Positions 12,316 to 26,339 of a DNA stretch of 64,000 bases are shown here, in pieces. Position 1 is the stretch's first letter, and the number at the start of each line of letters is the position of its first letter. The DNA is from Octopus vulgaris. Its lineage: Eukaryota. Under the pieces are notes generated by a model, which was not told the origin of the DNA, searched no databases, and worked only from the letters and a program-made list of their open reading frames with translations. Where the stretch lies: NCBI GenBank assembly GCA_951406725.2, contig OX597814.1:194308001-194372000 (forward strand). The letters are read 5' to 3'. The position numbers and the translations under genes are program-made.

Positions 12316-12778
12316 ATGTCTCACTCAGTTACAAAGAACAACGAAACAGAAGCCAGGAGGGACAGCAAAGTATCACGAGCCCACATCCTATGGAGATGGT
12401 TTTTAAAAGGTCTGAAGACCTCCATCATGTTTTTCTTCTCTCATGTTGGGCTGACTGGTAGCGTGGTAGCCTACAACATCTTCGGAGGATGGATCTTCAT
12501 GGAACTAGAAGCCCCACACGAACGTGACCTGAGAAAAGAGGTGAGCAGCATACGCTCCAAATACAGGGCTATCTTGGCTAACGTGTCAACACAACAGGGG
12601 GCCAACAATGACAGTTTGTCAAATTCTGGATACATATACGACAATATTGTCAAATTTGAGGAAGAACTTGTTCGGTTTATAGCCACAACAGAGTGGAATG
12701 GTCTCGATGAAGAGTTCGAATTGCAGTGGTCCTATACAGGTGCACTACTTTATTCTGTTACAGTTGTCACAACAATAG
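12316..12778 (+). CDS. K2P (two-pore-domain) potassium channel, coding exon 1 (TM1, cap loop, P1 up to TTIG)
   Basis: FSHVGLTGSVVAYNIFGGWIFMELE (TM1) and WSYTGALLYSVTVVTTI-G; phase-1 donor G|GTAAG at 12779. An acceptor-like TCACAG at 12294-12299 allows an upstream exon. Confidence 0.92.
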
Positions 12779-12789
12779 GTAAGGGACTT

Positions 12790-13200
12790 ACTCTTTACTC
12801 TTTTACTTGTTTCAGTCATTTGATTGTGGCCATGCTGGAGCACTGCCTTTAATCGAGCAACTCGACCCCGGGACTTATTCTTTTTGTAAGCCCAGTACTT
12901 ATTCTATCGGTCTCTTTTGCCGAACCGCTAAGTAACGGGGGACATAAACACACCAGCATCGGTTGTCAAGCAATGCTAGGGGGACAAACACAGACACACA
13001 CATGCTTATATATATATATATATATACATATATATTCGACGGGCTTCTTTCAGTTTCCGTCTACCAAATCCACTCACAAGGCTTTGGTCGGGACGAGGCT
13101 ATAGTAGAAGACACTTGCCCAAGGTGCCACGCAGTGGGACTGAACCCGGAACCATGTGGTTGGTAAACAAGCTACTTACCACACAGCCACTCCTGCACCT
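12790..13200 (-). mobile_element. SINE family 1, ~11 nt downstream of the K2P donor site
   Basis: Full-length reverse copy. Confidence 0.85.
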
Positions 13201-13249
13201 ATGTTCTTTTTTATTATACTAATCTATATTTTTGAGACGACAAATTATG

Positions 13250-14092
13250 TACATTATTTACAATGGACGGATAGGTGCCCTTAGCTTGTTTATTGTTACT
13301 ATGTTTTGGCTGATGTACTCTCCAGCCTTCATTAGGAGTTCTGGTGGAATTTCGAACCAAACCCTTTATTTAACTAATGGGGTACTCTGTCCTCATTTCT
13401 AAGGTACTCTATTTTTGCTGACGTTAAGTTTTTCTGTTAATATCATTTCCCAAGTCCCTGCCTGGGACTAAACTCGGAATCCGTAGAGGATAAGAGTGTT
13501 GGCTACTAACACTCGGATTCCGATGTCAATCCCAGGCAAAGACTTGGGAAATAATATCAGCAGAAAAAAATCAACATCAGCAAAGAAGAAATCCTTAGGG
13601 TTGGGTTCAAAATTCTACCAGGACACCTCTCTTTTACTTGTTTCAGTCATTTGACTGCGGCCATGCTGGAGCACTGCCTTTATTCGAGCAAATCGACCCA
13701 AGGACTTATTCTTTGTAAGCCTAGTACTTATTTTATCGGTCTCTTTTGCCGAACTGCTAAGTTACGGGGATGTAAACACACCAGCATCGGTTGTTGAGCG
13801 ATGGGGTGGGGGGACAAATACAGACACACAAACATATATACATATATATGACAGCCTTCTTTCAGTTTCCGTTTTCCAAATCCACTCACAAGGCTTTGGT
13901 CGGCCCGAGGCTATAGTAGAAGACATTTGCCCAAGGTGCCATGCAGTGGGACTGAACCCGGAACCATGTGGTTGGTAAGCAAGCTACTTACCACACAGCC
14001 ACTCCTATGCCTGAAGGCTGGAGAGTACATCAGTCGAAATGTTATAGTAACAACAAACAAGGTTTGAACACCTATCCATCTATTGTAAATAT
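13250..14092. repeat. Head-to-head inverted pair of a short repeat element (arms ~13250-13486 and ~13513-13626 + 14011-14092)
   Basis: TTTCCCAAGTCCCTGCCTGGGA vs TCCCAGGCAAAGACTTGGGAAA; GGCTGATGTACTCTCCAGCCTTCA vs TGAAGGCTGGAGAGTACATCAGTC. Confidence 0.7.
13627..14012 (-). mobile_element. SINE family 1
   Basis: Full-length reverse copy splitting the right arm of the inverted pair. Confidence 0.85.
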
Positions 14093-14477
14093 TTTTTTCT
14101 TTTGCATGCTGAATTCAACTTGATTTTTCAGATTTTTTATATGCTGGGCTACTGGTTTTAAATTGATATTAAAATTAATATTGAATTTATCTCCCTAATT
14201 ATTTGAATTTTATATATATATATAATAGTGTAATAAATAAAATATATGCATACATACATACATATATGTATGTACCTACATTTACATGTATATATACATG
14301 CATATATAAATATACGTGAGTACAGGACACCACAAATAGACGTAGAACTCAACGAGAAACGTAAAAACAAATGTGGAAACGGACCTAAACGACAAAAACA
14401 GAGTACAAGACAAACTACACAAGGAAAAATCCCCTTCATCAGCTGTCCCTAGTTCAACTCCAGTGTGTTTCGAAGGT

Positions 14478-14507
<30 letters not shown>

Positions 14508-14508
<1 letters not shown>

Positions 14509-14833
14509 GGGACACAAGAGTGGCTGTGTAGTAAGAAGCTTACTTACCAAGAACATGTTTCTGGGTTCAGTCCCACTGCATGGCACCTTGGACAAGTGTC
14601 TTCTACTATAACCTCAGGTCAACCAAAGCCTTCTGAGTGGATTTGGTAAATGGAAACTGAAAGAAACCCATTGTAAATATATATGTGGGTGTGTGTATGT
14701 TTGTGTCTGCCCCCCCCCCCCCATCGCTTGACAACCAATGGAATAAGTACTAGGCTTACAAAGAATAAGTTCTGGGGTCAATTTGTTTGACTAAAGGTGG
14801 TGCTCCAGCATAGGCACAGTCAAATGACTGAAG
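14508..14833 (+). mobile_element. SINE family 1 (diverged, internal deletion)
   Basis: Head and tail match; the middle lacks ~50 bp. Confidence 0.75.
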
Positions 14834-15130
14834 TATAATATATACATATAACCTGCTTGTTTCAGTCATTAGACAGAAGCCATGCTGGGGCACCACTTTG
14901 AAGAATTCATAGCCAAATATTTTAATCCCAGTAACTTATTTTATCAGTCTCTTTTGCCAAACTTAAGATACAGGACCAATACTGGTTGTCAAGCAATAAT
15001 TGGGCATGGACACAAAGGCACACATATATATATATACATGATCTAAGTTATATGATGTATAAAAAATGTAATATACAAATAAATATCTGTAAATATAAAC
15101 CATCCGATTTTCTGAGTACCTCATTTCTTC

Positions 15131-17056
<1,926 letters not shown>

Positions 17057-17869
17057 GACTGGCCTGGTGCAGCCTTCGTGCTTCCCAGACCCCAGTTGAA
17101 CCGTCCAACCCATGCTAGCATGGAAAGCGGACGTTAAACGATGAAGATGATATATATTATATATATATATATATCTCGAGGCTTAAGCCTGCCAAACCCA
17201 TCTACAAGACTGATCAATCTGAGTCTATTCTAGAAGATACTTGCCCAAGATTCCACAGTGGGACTGAACCCAGAACTATGTGGTTGAAAAGCAAGCTTCT
17301 TACCACACAGCAACCTGCACCTTTAAATATCTATAAAAAACAAAGTAGGAGTGGGTCTCTTTGGATATTGTAGTCTTAGATACATACAATGGGCTTCCAC
17401 ATGTTTCCATCTTCTAAATCCACTCGCAAGACTTTGGTGGGCCTGGGCCTATAGAAAGACATTTGCTCAAGGATGTAGGTATAGGGGCTTTGAGAAAAAC
17501 GTAACCAATTGACCGACTTTTGTGGTCAAAGATGTCCATCACATGATACATGTAACATGTCTTCCTCGGGGAAATTAAAATGAAACAGGTACACTTGGGA
17601 ACTGAATATGAGTTGCGCCTCATATCACAGTGCTCAGCACATGTAGAAGTGCGTGTGTGTGTGTGTGTTTTACTATGTCCCTGCCTTAGCAGTGTGTGAT
17701 GTTTGGTCATAGGGAAATGTTATCTTGTTTGAAAGGAGGTGAGGGTTAATGACAGGAAGGGCATCCAGTCATAGAAAATCTGCTTCAGCAAAATTCCATT
17801 CACCCCATGCAAAGAAGAGAAACGTGAGCATTAAACCAATGTGTGTACATGCATGTGTATATGTACATA

Positions 17870-18700
17870 TCACCATCGTTTAACATCTGCTTTCCATGCT
17901 AGCATGGATTGGACGGTTTGACTTAGGTCTGGCGAGCCAGATGGCTGCACCAGGCTCCAATCTGATCTGGCAAAGTTTCTACAGCTGGATGCCCTTCCTA
18001 ACGCCAACCACTCCGTGAGTGCAGTGGGTGCTTTTATGTTCCACTGGCATGAGGGCCAGTCAGGCGGTACTGGCAACAGCCACACCCAAATGGCATTTTT
18101 TATATGCCACCTGCACAGGAGCCAGTCCAGCGGCACTGGCAACGACCTTGCTCGAATGTTTTTTCAAGTGCCAGGAAGGTGACGCTGATAATGATCATGC
18201 TTGAATGGTGATTTTTATGTGCCACCGGCACGGATGGCAGTTAGCTGCTCTGGAAATGATAACACTCGGATGGTGCTCTTAGTGCTCCACTAGCATGAAT
18301 TCCAGTCATCGAATTTGATTTCGATTTCACTTGCCTTAACAGGTCTTCGCAAGCAGAGTTTAGTGTCTAATGAAGGAAAGGTACGCATAAGTGGGCTAGT
18401 TACACCCCTGGCATAGGCCATGAGTTTATGGTCTCACTTGGTTTGCCGAGTCTTCTCAAGCACAGCATATTTCCAAAGGTCTCGGTCACTAGTCATTGCC
18501 TCGGTGAGGCCTAATGTACAAAGGCTGTGCTTCACCACTTCATCCCAGGTTCCCTCAACCGCTAGGGTGTGGCACTTTTTCACACAGCTATCCTTATCCA
18601 TTCTTGCCACATGACCACACCAGCACAGTTGTCTCTCTTGCACACCACACATGATGCTTCTTAGGTCCAACTTTTCTCTTAAGGTACTTACACTCTGCTG
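17870..18700 (-). mobile_element. RTE-like LINE 3' portion
   Basis: Minus ORF with VSTLREKLDLRSIMCGVQERQLCWCGHVARMDKDSCVKKCHTLAVEG plus the shared 3' UTR. Confidence 0.75.
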
Positions 18701-19009
18701 AGTATGCATATAAATATATATGTACATGTGTGAATACACATACATACACACTTGCATGTAGTCTTGTCTAGACATCATGCGATAATTGTAAATGAACATC
18801 ACTGTCACACAAGTGGTATTCATTCCCAGTCTTCCATGAAAAGCATTCCTGGCCATGAGGTGATATTACCTTGCATGGAAACGGGTGAGGTTGGTGAGCG
18901 AAAGGGCATCTGGCAAAAGAATATCTGTCTCAATGAATTCCACTTAGTCCAGAAAAACAATGGAAAAGTGGACGTTTGGTGTTAATAGTAGAGAGTATAT
19001 TCTACTATT

Positions 19010-19428
19010 AGGCGCAGGAGTGGCTGTGTGGTAAGTAGCTTGCTAACCAACCACATGGTTCCGGGTTCAGTCCCACTGCATGGCATCTTGGGCAAGTGTC
19101 TTCTGCTATAGGCCCGGGCCGACCAATGCCTTGTGAGTGGATTTGGTAGACGGAAACTGAAAGAAGCCCGTCGTATATATGTATATATATATATGTATGT
19201 GTGTCTGTGTTTCTGTGTTTGTCCCCCTAGCATTGCTTGACAACCGATGCTGGTGTGTTTACGTCCCCGTCACTTAGTGGTTCGGCAATAGAGACCAATA
19301 GAATAAGTACTGGGCTTACAAAGAATAAGTCCCGGGGTCGATTTGCACGACTAAAAAAAGGCAGTGCTCCAGCATGGCCGCAGTCAAATGACAAACAAGT
19401 AAAAGAGAAAAAGAGAAAGAGAAAAGAG
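19010..19428 (+). mobile_element. SINE family 1
   Basis: Full head-to-tail match. Confidence 0.85.
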
Positions 19429-19997
19429 TATGTATGGATTGGAGGAGAAGGTGAATAGTTGGGAGAATTATATGGAGGTATGGAAGCAAATGGTTTGAAT
19501 ATGGTATTGGTTTCAAATTTTGACAATACCAGCAGATTTGTGACAACAATGATGTTGAAATAAGGAGTTTGTTGAAGTGAGATGGTAGGATAGATAAGGT
19601 ATTAAACTGCCAGCTTATTAAAAGGTCTAAGGTTCAAATCCAAAGTAGAATTTAGTTGTCAATAGTACATTTAATTCTGCAATCTACAGTTCACCCGTCT
19701 GTCAAAAAACAATGATAAAAAAAAACTTAGAAAAGCTACCGAAAATAAACTGATGCCCTATACAAATAAGTGGAGGAGAGTTCTCTCAGCAGTTTAACAG
19801 CATAAAAGAACCAATCATAAATATTTTACTTTTTCATGTGTTGAAACAAATCTTGTCTTGGGAGGGTCATTACACCAATAATAAACACATGCACTGGTTC
19901 AATATCACTTCTTTATTGTTAGTCAATCAGTTAAATATCTAATGAAATAACAAATCCATCTGTTTAATGTGTTACTTAAACCAGGGTATTATTATTC

Positions 19998-20205
19998 AGG
20001 CAGCAAGCTGGCAGAATCATTAGCATGCCGGGTGAAATACCTAGCAGTATTTCGTCTGCCTCCATGTTCTGACTTCAAATACCGCCAAGGTTGACTTTGC
20101 CTTATCAATAAATTAAGAACTAGTCAAGTACTTGGGTTGATATAATCGACTATCCCATCCCCCAAAAATTTTAAGCCTTGTGCCTATGGCAGAATGGATT
20201 ATTAT
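19998..20205 (+). mobile_element. SINE family 2 (diverged)
   Basis: GGCAGCAAGCTGGCAGAATCATTAGCATGCCGGG head, (ATT)n tail. Confidence 0.7.
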
Positions 20206-20328
20206 TGGTGTTTTGAGCCTCCCAAGACAACAAAACTAAATATATTTCAGGAATTTAGGTGACTACTATAGACTTGAGATATGCATCTGGTAAACAGAGT
20301 TTATTACTCAATTTTGATTCACTCTTAA

Positions 20329-20705
20329 CCCTTTCATTACTGAGTTTATTTAGAGATGCTCTGTGTTTCTTTCAATTACTTTAAATATAACAAAAAATTT
20401 AGCAAAATAACTTGGTTATCATTAAGCTAGTGTTAGGAACATAAATTGTGACTAAGGTTTGGTGGAAGATTTTAATTCAGGATTTCTGAAAACAAGACAT
20501 TTGTACTACAGAGCCAGAACCAGGTTGGTAACAAAAGGGTTAATGTCTGCTCTTTAATCCTTTCATTACCGTATTTATTTTGAGATGCTCTGTGTTTCTT
20601 TCAATTACTTTAAATACAAAGAATTTAGTAAAATAATTTTAATTCAAAACAAGACATTTACACTCAGAACCAGAGCCGGTTTCAGCCGGGTTGGTAACGA
20701 AAGGG
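20329..20705. mobile_element. Two adjacent piggyBac-type MITEs (20329-20539, 20558-20705)
   Basis: Each is flanked by TTAA, with TIRs CCCTTTCATTAC / GTAAC(A/G)AAAGGG; the second is internally deleted. Confidence 0.8.
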
Positions 20706-20885
20706 TTAAAAGCCATTTCACTATTTAATTACATGATCAATGCCTGAAAGCTACAACTTATCTTTATGTAGATGACATCTTAAGTTAGAAACCAGTTGTG
20801 TAATGTATTTCTATGATGATGGACTGATTCAAATAAGTTCTATCTGTATTATGAATTCTTAAATTTATTTTGTTCCTTGTTCCAG

Positions 20886-21913
20886 GATATGGTCACATTG
20901 CACCCAAAACCATGTGGGGCCGCATTGTTACAATCATCTATGCCATATTTGGTATCCCGTTGACTTTGCTATGTCTGCGAACAATTGGTTCCTTTATGGC
21001 AGGAATATTCAAATTCATCTATGAAAACATTTGCTACCAACTTTATAAACAATGGCAACGTTTAAGGATCTATATCGTCAAAACTAAACGAAAGCAAACA
21101 CAGCGATTTCTTCAGGCAAAGATGGTCCTAGAGGAATTGATTGAGAAGAGCAACGAATTATTGAAACCAACAGATGATAGTGACAGTTCCCAAAGCAGTT
21201 CTGAAGACGACTCGAAAAATTCTATCAACAAAGAAATACACCAGAAAGAAATAAAGAAAGGTCGCCAAAGAATTCTGAAATGGAAATCTCGTAAAGACAC
21301 CAGGAAGAAACTCATATTATCAAGACAAGTTCCGGTGCAGCAGCAGCAACCAAACGAAGAAACAAATGATTGTGATATGACTCAGAGAATTGCAGAAGAT
21401 TCTTGTAAAATAACAATGTCACCTCAAAGCAGTAAGACAGCATTTGTTGAAGAAAATGATATTCTATTCCAAGAAAAACCAGAAAGCCATGATGGCATCA
21501 AGCTTCGCCCACGAGGTTCACATCATGAAATCCGTGTCCCCGTGTATGTAACCCTTCTTGTTATTGCAGGTTATATATTTATAGGGGCCGTGTTGTTTTC
21601 TCTGTGGGAAAAGAACTGGGATTACCTCATCGGTTCTTATTTCTGTTTTGTCACCCTGAGTACAATCGGGTTTGGGGACTTCGTGCCAGGGTCAGGTGTC
21701 GATTCGTGGTCAAGCGCTGAAAAACAGGCAATATGTACGATTTATCTTCTGTTTGGTTTGGCAATGATAGCCATGAGTTTCAACTTGATGCAGCAAGAGG
21801 TCAAACTGAAATTTATTGATTTAGGCAAACGGATTGGGCTGATTGATGAAACAGCAATTGCAAGCGTCAATGGCGATGAAGATGATGAAGAAGAAGAGAA
21901 AACACACCAGTAG
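20886..21913 (+). CDS. K2P potassium channel, coding exon 2 (GYG, TM2, long cytoplasmic loop, TM3, P2, TM4); TRESK/TWK-like architecture
   Basis: Acceptor TTCCAG|GA at 20884-20885 restores TTIG-YGHIAPKT in frame; GRIVTIIYAIFGIPLTLLCL; YFCFVTLSTIGFGDFVPG; YLLFGLAMIAM; stop TAG 21911-21913. Spliced CDS is 1491 nt = 496 aa. Confidence 0.95.
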
Positions 21914-22051
21914 ACACAAAACAAGAACTTTCAATGACAAACTGAACAAGACTCTTTTTTTATATATATAAATAAATATTTATTTCTCCAAGTAGACCAC
22001 AAATTTATAAATGAGTTGAAGGGTTTGTTTTACCTTAAAAGAAATATTGAA

Positions 22052-22680
22052 ATTCTTCTTGTAGTAGACCTAATATTACTGGACCATGACTTATTTATAT
22101 AATTATTAATTATTATTATTACAAAAGAAATAATTATACAATATAAAATAAAAATAATTATATAAAACGAATCATAATTTAAAAAATAAAATAAATCAAT
22201 TATTCATCATTAATATTATTAAGGTAGTAAGTTTGACAAAATTGTTAGCAGCCAGGTGAATTAAATTCATGTAGTAGACCTAATATTACTGGACCATGAC
22301 TTATTTATATAATTATTAACATTACAAAAGAAATAATTATACAATATAAAATAAAAATAATTATATAAAACGAATCATAATTTAAAAAAAACAAAAACAA
22401 AATCAATTATTCATCATTAATATTATTAAGGTAGTAAGTTTGACAAAATTGCTAGCAGCCAGGTGAATTAAATTCTTCATGTAGTAGACCTAATATTACT
22501 GGGTCTTATTTATATAATTATTAATTATTATTATTGCAGAAGAAATAATTATACAATATAAAATAAAATTAAAATTTATATAAAACAAATTTTTTTTAAA
22601 AAATAAAAGAAATCAATTATTCATCATTAATATTATTGAGGTAGTAAGGTGACAAAACTGTTAACAGCCAGGTGAAATGC
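22052..22680 (+). repeat. Three tandem 210-bp AT-rich units, running into a SINE family 2 copy (~22640-22850)
   Basis: GTAGTAGACCTAATATTACTGG recurs at 22061, 22271 and 22481. Confidence 0.9.
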
Positions 22681-23257
22681 TTAGCAGCATTTTGTCTTTA
22701 CATTCCGAGTTCAAATTCCACCAGGGTCAACTTTGCCTTTCATTCTTCCAGGGTTGATTAAGTAAGTACTCAGTTGAGCCCCGAGGGTGATGTGATTGAC
22801 TTAGCCACTCCCCCAAAATTGCTGGCCTTGTGCCAAAATTTGAAACCATTACCATCATCATAAGGGTAATGGATTGGCAGAATTGTTAGAACATGGGGGG
22901 AGGGGAAAGAACCATGCAATATTTCCTTAGTTTTGGAGTTCAAATCTTGCTCATGCCAACTGCCTCATCCTGCCAAGGGTGCTAAAAGAAAGTACTAGCA
23001 GGGACTATGTGGGGAAACAGGAAGGAATTCTGCTTTAAGAATGCCATAATAAACCCCACTGTAACATTTTATACTTTTGGGGGAATTTCCAGACAGTTTT
23101 TTACCAATTTATATTCTACAAACTAGTATTCACATGACTAGGAAAAAAATTTTTTTTCATTTTGTGATTTTTAAAAATATCAGTTTAAAATACAGACAAT
23201 CCTAAATTTTGTTTTAATTCCCAGCAATATGCCCCATTATGTGTTTACGGGGGAAAA

Positions 23258-23789
23258 GATACTGGAAAACATCAATGCATGAGACCAATACGCATGAGGG
23301 GATATGATGTTGTCATGAGGAGCTAAAAATAACAGCTAAATAGCCCTTACGATATTGGAAAACATCAATGCATCAGATACGCATGAGGAGATATGATGTT
23401 GTCGTGAGGAGCTAAAAATAACAGCTAAATAGCCCTTACGATATTGGAAAACATCAATGCATCAGATACACATGAGGGGATATGATGTCGTGAGGAGCTA
23501 AAAATAACAGCTAAATAGCCCTTACGATATTGGAAAACATCAATGCATCAGATACGCATGAGGGGATATGATGTTGCCGTGAGGAGCTAAAAATAACAGC
23601 TAAATAGCCCTTACGATATTGGAAAACATCAATGCATCAGATACACATGAGGGGATATGATGTCGTGAGGAGCTAAAAATAACAGCTAAATAGCCCTTAC
23701 GATATTGGAAAACATCAATGCATCAGACCGACACACATGAGGGGATATGATGTCGTGAGGAGCTAAAAATAACAGCTAAATAGCCCTTA
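23258..23789 (+). repeat. Minisatellite, six copies of an ~86-93 bp unit
   Basis: GATATTGGAAAACATCAATGCAT...GAGGAGCTAAAAATAACAGCTAAATAGCCCTTAC at 23258, 23351, 23440, 23526, 23615 and 23701. Confidence 0.92.
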
Positions 23790-24161
23790 AATCACACACC
23801 AACATTTTGGGGGGGGGTATAATTGTATGATTTTCCATGTGTAGGACACAAATTTGCAAATTTTTTCCTGAAAATTACAAAAAATTAAAGCACGAAAATA
23901 AAACAAAAACAAAATTTTCTGAGAGGTATGATACAGGGGAGAAAGTGAAGAGATTTTTTTATTTTTTATTTTTTTTTTTAATGTGACTTGAATGGGTTTC
24001 AGACTGTGGAATGCAATAAAATAATGAAGGGTGGGAGAGCTCAGCTATTCCATCCCAGAAAAATACTTCAACATTTGGCAGAGTTCTGATCAAAGACCAC
24101 CATTTAATTTAGTCATGACTTTTCTTTCCTTTGGGTATTTTTAGAAAATTTTTGTGAATCT

Positions 24162-24494
24162 GAGGCCAGGGAACAGAAGAAAGAAGACATGCACCCAACA
24201 CCAGAGCTGAAGACACCTCCGAAAGGGGGGGGGGGGGCGACATCAAAACGGTAGAGAAGTAGGGGCCGAAACTGGACGTGGTTCCTCCTGATGATGTCTT
24301 GAGCTAACTGGTCAGTCACCAGCTGACACTCGCTGATGCTACATCGAAGAGGCCAGGGAACAAGAAAGAAGACATGCATCCAACACCAGAGCTGAAGACA
24401 CCTCCGAAGGGGGGGGGGGGGCACGTCAAAACGGTAGAGAAGTAGGGGCCGAAACCGGACGTGGTTCCTCCTGATGATGTCTTGAGCTAACTGG
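24162..24494 (+). repeat. Tandem ~187-bp GC-rich repeat (about 1.8 copies) with poly-G
   Basis: GAGGCCAGGGAACA...CTGATGATGTCTTGAGCTAACTGG occurs twice. Confidence 0.85.
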
Positions 24495-25877
24495 ATCCTA
24501 TAAAGGAGCTGTTGTGGTAGCAGACCACGAAACACGGTTGTAATTCCCCTCCTACGGGGATATTTGTTCATCCCTGCCATCAAATCCTAAAATTTTCAGG
24601 GAAAGAGTTTTGTTGGTGAGAGAGGTTTCTTACAAGATATGTTATTTTGATTTAGGGGCACGTAAGAGAAACATCTGCCAGTGGGTTCGCTAAAACAAAA
24701 CCAACATCATTAATGGGCAATGTACAAAACACTTGATTATCTTGATTTAGAGTTATTTTCTTTCAATGCTACTGCCAAACACATAAGAGTAACAGGTATT
24801 TGTAAAGAGCCTGCCATACACCTGCAGAAGGATTAAATGAAGTGATTCTACATTGGTGTTAACAATTCCAGCTTTCTTTTATTTTTGGAGCTATATTCAT
24901 TTGCTTCTACTCAGATTATGTATTATACTCTCAGAATGCCATGGAAAATTCAACTGTCTGGAGCACAAAAACGATAAAATTTTTTTTAAAAAAAGGTGAA
25001 AAAAACCCCCCAAAAAACATGCTGCTGTATCAGCAACCACAATGCCTTACAGAACTTTTCTTTGCTTTTAAAGAAAAAACAAGGAAAAAAACTCAGAATC
25101 TAATAATGAAGAATCAGTACCAGATGTTCCTTTTGAGGAACAAGTCGTCTGGTCCAAACATTGCTGTAACTTGATTGCTTTGAAAAATTAAGTCTTCAAT
25201 ATGTTAGAATAAGTTGAATGTTAAACTTGTTTTTTTATCATTACATAGGGTTTGCTCTTATTAAAATTAATTATTGAAAAATAATTTGCTACCTAGAGGA
25301 CTAAATAAGTAGTGAGGGAAGATGCATGGAGAGTGTGGTAGCTAGAATGAGAATAGGATGAAGGAAATTCAGAGAGCTCAGCAAACAGGAAGAACGTATC
25401 ACCTCAAAATACTGAAGACTGTGGTGTTGGTGGAGAGGATGACAGATAGGGGAGGGCGGAAGTAGGGCTTGCAGGGCGCATGCGTGGTAGGAAGTGGAAG
25501 TGGCGAGCGACGACGACGCACGTGTGAGATCGACGAACAGCAGTTGCAGCTGAGACGACCAAGGCACCAGACGTATCGAGCTGGCTGAGAGCGATCTGAA
25601 CTAATCTTTGCCGAGGTAAGGCCTGATTGTATTTCCATTCTCCTTTTTTCTGTTCTCTTTCATCGTTCACACCACAAAGACGAAGAACTATCATCATCTA
25701 CTGTCATGGATAGTAAAACAGCATCATAGGATCCAGACGCAGCCATGCGGTTTCTGCCAGAGAAAAGTATGTGTCCATGTTCTTTCAGGCAAAATCAGAC
25801 ATATATCAAAATAAAAATGACTCCTGCAGAGAACCTCAATGCCATTATCGATCAGGTGAAGGTAAACAGGATGGGTA

Positions 25878-26330
25878 TGTAGTGACGCTAGTTTGGAAGT
25901 TTTCACCACGCATGCACAGAGTTGGATTACTTCTGGTAGGCCGCCGGAAGTTCCCTCATGCACAGAGAACTGCCGACAGAAAGTTTTCCCGCTAGATCTG
26001 TCCTTTCTGTAACTGCAGCTGAATCGAGTGGACATGATTCAAGGTTCTCTCAAGAAAAAGCCAACACGTAAAGAAGCCCCCTTCTACGCGGGAACGGAGA
26101 CAGCCTTTTCGCTCACACAAGTTAACTATTGTGAATAGTTTCATGGCTTTGGCTAGCTGTTCGCCCTGAAGAAAAATATATGTATGTATATTTTATTTGC
26201 GAATCCAGACCAAAATAAAATATTTATTGCAGTTGAAGATAGAAGTTTTGGTTTTCCTTTCGACATAATTGAATGTAACAGGATAAGACCGGCACCCCTC
26301 AAGTGTTCCAGAGACCTTCATCCTATTACA
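25878..26330. mobile_element. Solo LTR (same family as 8509-9440)
   Basis: TGTAGT...ATTACA termini, flanks GGTA/AGTA (3 of 4 match), internal AATAAA; a partial third copy lies at ~29078-29203. Confidence 0.75.
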
Positions 26331-26339
26331 AGTACTACC

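Noticed and set aside
14420-14485. Hammerhead on minus strand (CCTTCGAAAC...CTGATGAAGGGG)
   Set aside because: Core words present, but I could not form stems I and III with a valid cleavage triplet.
23258-23789. Possible CRISPR-like array
   Set aside because: Whole units repeat with no unique spacers; animal context; no cas genes.
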